From Octopus vulgaris (taxonomy: Eukaryota), in NCBI GenBank assembly GCA_951406725.2, contig OX597836.1, positions 33,170,001-33,234,000 on the forward strand: a DNA stretch of 64,000 nucleotides, in the 5' to 3' direction. Below the pieces are notes generated by a model. That model saw nothing but the letters and a program-made list of their open reading frames with translations, was not told the DNA's origin and did no database searches. The first letter of the stretch is position 1, and each line of letters opens with the position of its first letter. A program made the position numbers and the translations under genes. This document shows positions 63,485 through 64,000 of this stretch, piece by piece.

Positions 63485-64000
63485 AATAATAATAATAATA
63501 ATAATAATAATGATGCAGTACCAGGCAGTGGTTCTCGTGGCTTCTGATCTTAACTGATTGGAAGTGTTATCATGTACATTGTGTTGTCTTGGTATAAAAG
63601 ATGGGCTACAGCAAATATTCTGCTCAATACCACAGATTTGCTTGTAAGTTGTTTGACCATAACCAGTTGAGCATGTCCCTAAGTGGCTGACAATATGCTC
63701 ATCTCTGATCATGAGCAGAAGTAGTGGGGGAGCAATTATAGCCATGTGTTGAGAGGAATTCTTTGGGGTTTGAATAATTCACCTCTGGAAACATGGGTGG
63801 TACGTTCAATATCCTTAAACAACCCTTATTCAGGGACCTTTTGAGCAGGATGGGTTACTCGACCAGAAGAAAATTCTAACTGGGCCCCATCTGCAAGGTC
63901 ATGCACCTTTTATATTGATATGAGATCACCATGACGCGCACATTTAGTTGTAATGCATGTGCCTAGTGTACCCTTATCAGATGGGTAGTCATGATGGGTA
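63485..64000 (-). mobile_element. Probable interspersed retroelement-derived repeat with a (TTA)n end, runs off the window
   Basis: Abrupt start at a (TAA)n tract with complex sequence beyond; recalled as a common octopus repeat, but there is no second copy here. Confidence 0.4.

Overview
Eukaryotic, AT-rich, microsatellite-dense genomic DNA. The tRNA-derived SINE families and (TA)n/(CA)n landscape look like an Octopus (coleoid cephalopod) genome; this is recalled family resemblance, not a database hit. The window lies inside one large minus-strand gene, eyes absent (eya). Four coding exons (48201-48146, 46377-46221, 19881-19813, 15486-15332) have GT-AG boundaries and compatible phases (1/0/1/1/0). 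They splice into one open frame: (G)SGSSITNPTSALSYTSQQ|NLDAYSTYQGYQPSYYGGYGFISNQSVVGVTTPTTVPSNTPTYQLVELPQPQS|ENSQNTFTSPSPPLKTEANGNTR|[51 protein letters not shown]. This covers the S/T/Y-rich N-terminal region and the start of the HAD-phosphatase Eya domain (WDLDET). Flanking exons were not found in the window. The rest is intron filled with at least 6 SINE families, a full-length dead mariner, piggyBac-, hAT- and mariner-type MITEs, a non-autonomous Helitron, 3' ends of RTE, R4/Dong-like and L1/Tx1-like LINEs, Penelope-type remnants, minisatellites and several fold-back repeats. Almost all ORFs in the supplied track are SINE or microsatellite artefacts. Best leads: a Ser(AGT) at a conserved Eya Gly position that A-to-I editing would restore, an intact minimal hammerhead ribozyme motif, SINE/LINE tail sharing, and a frame-compensating alternative acceptor.
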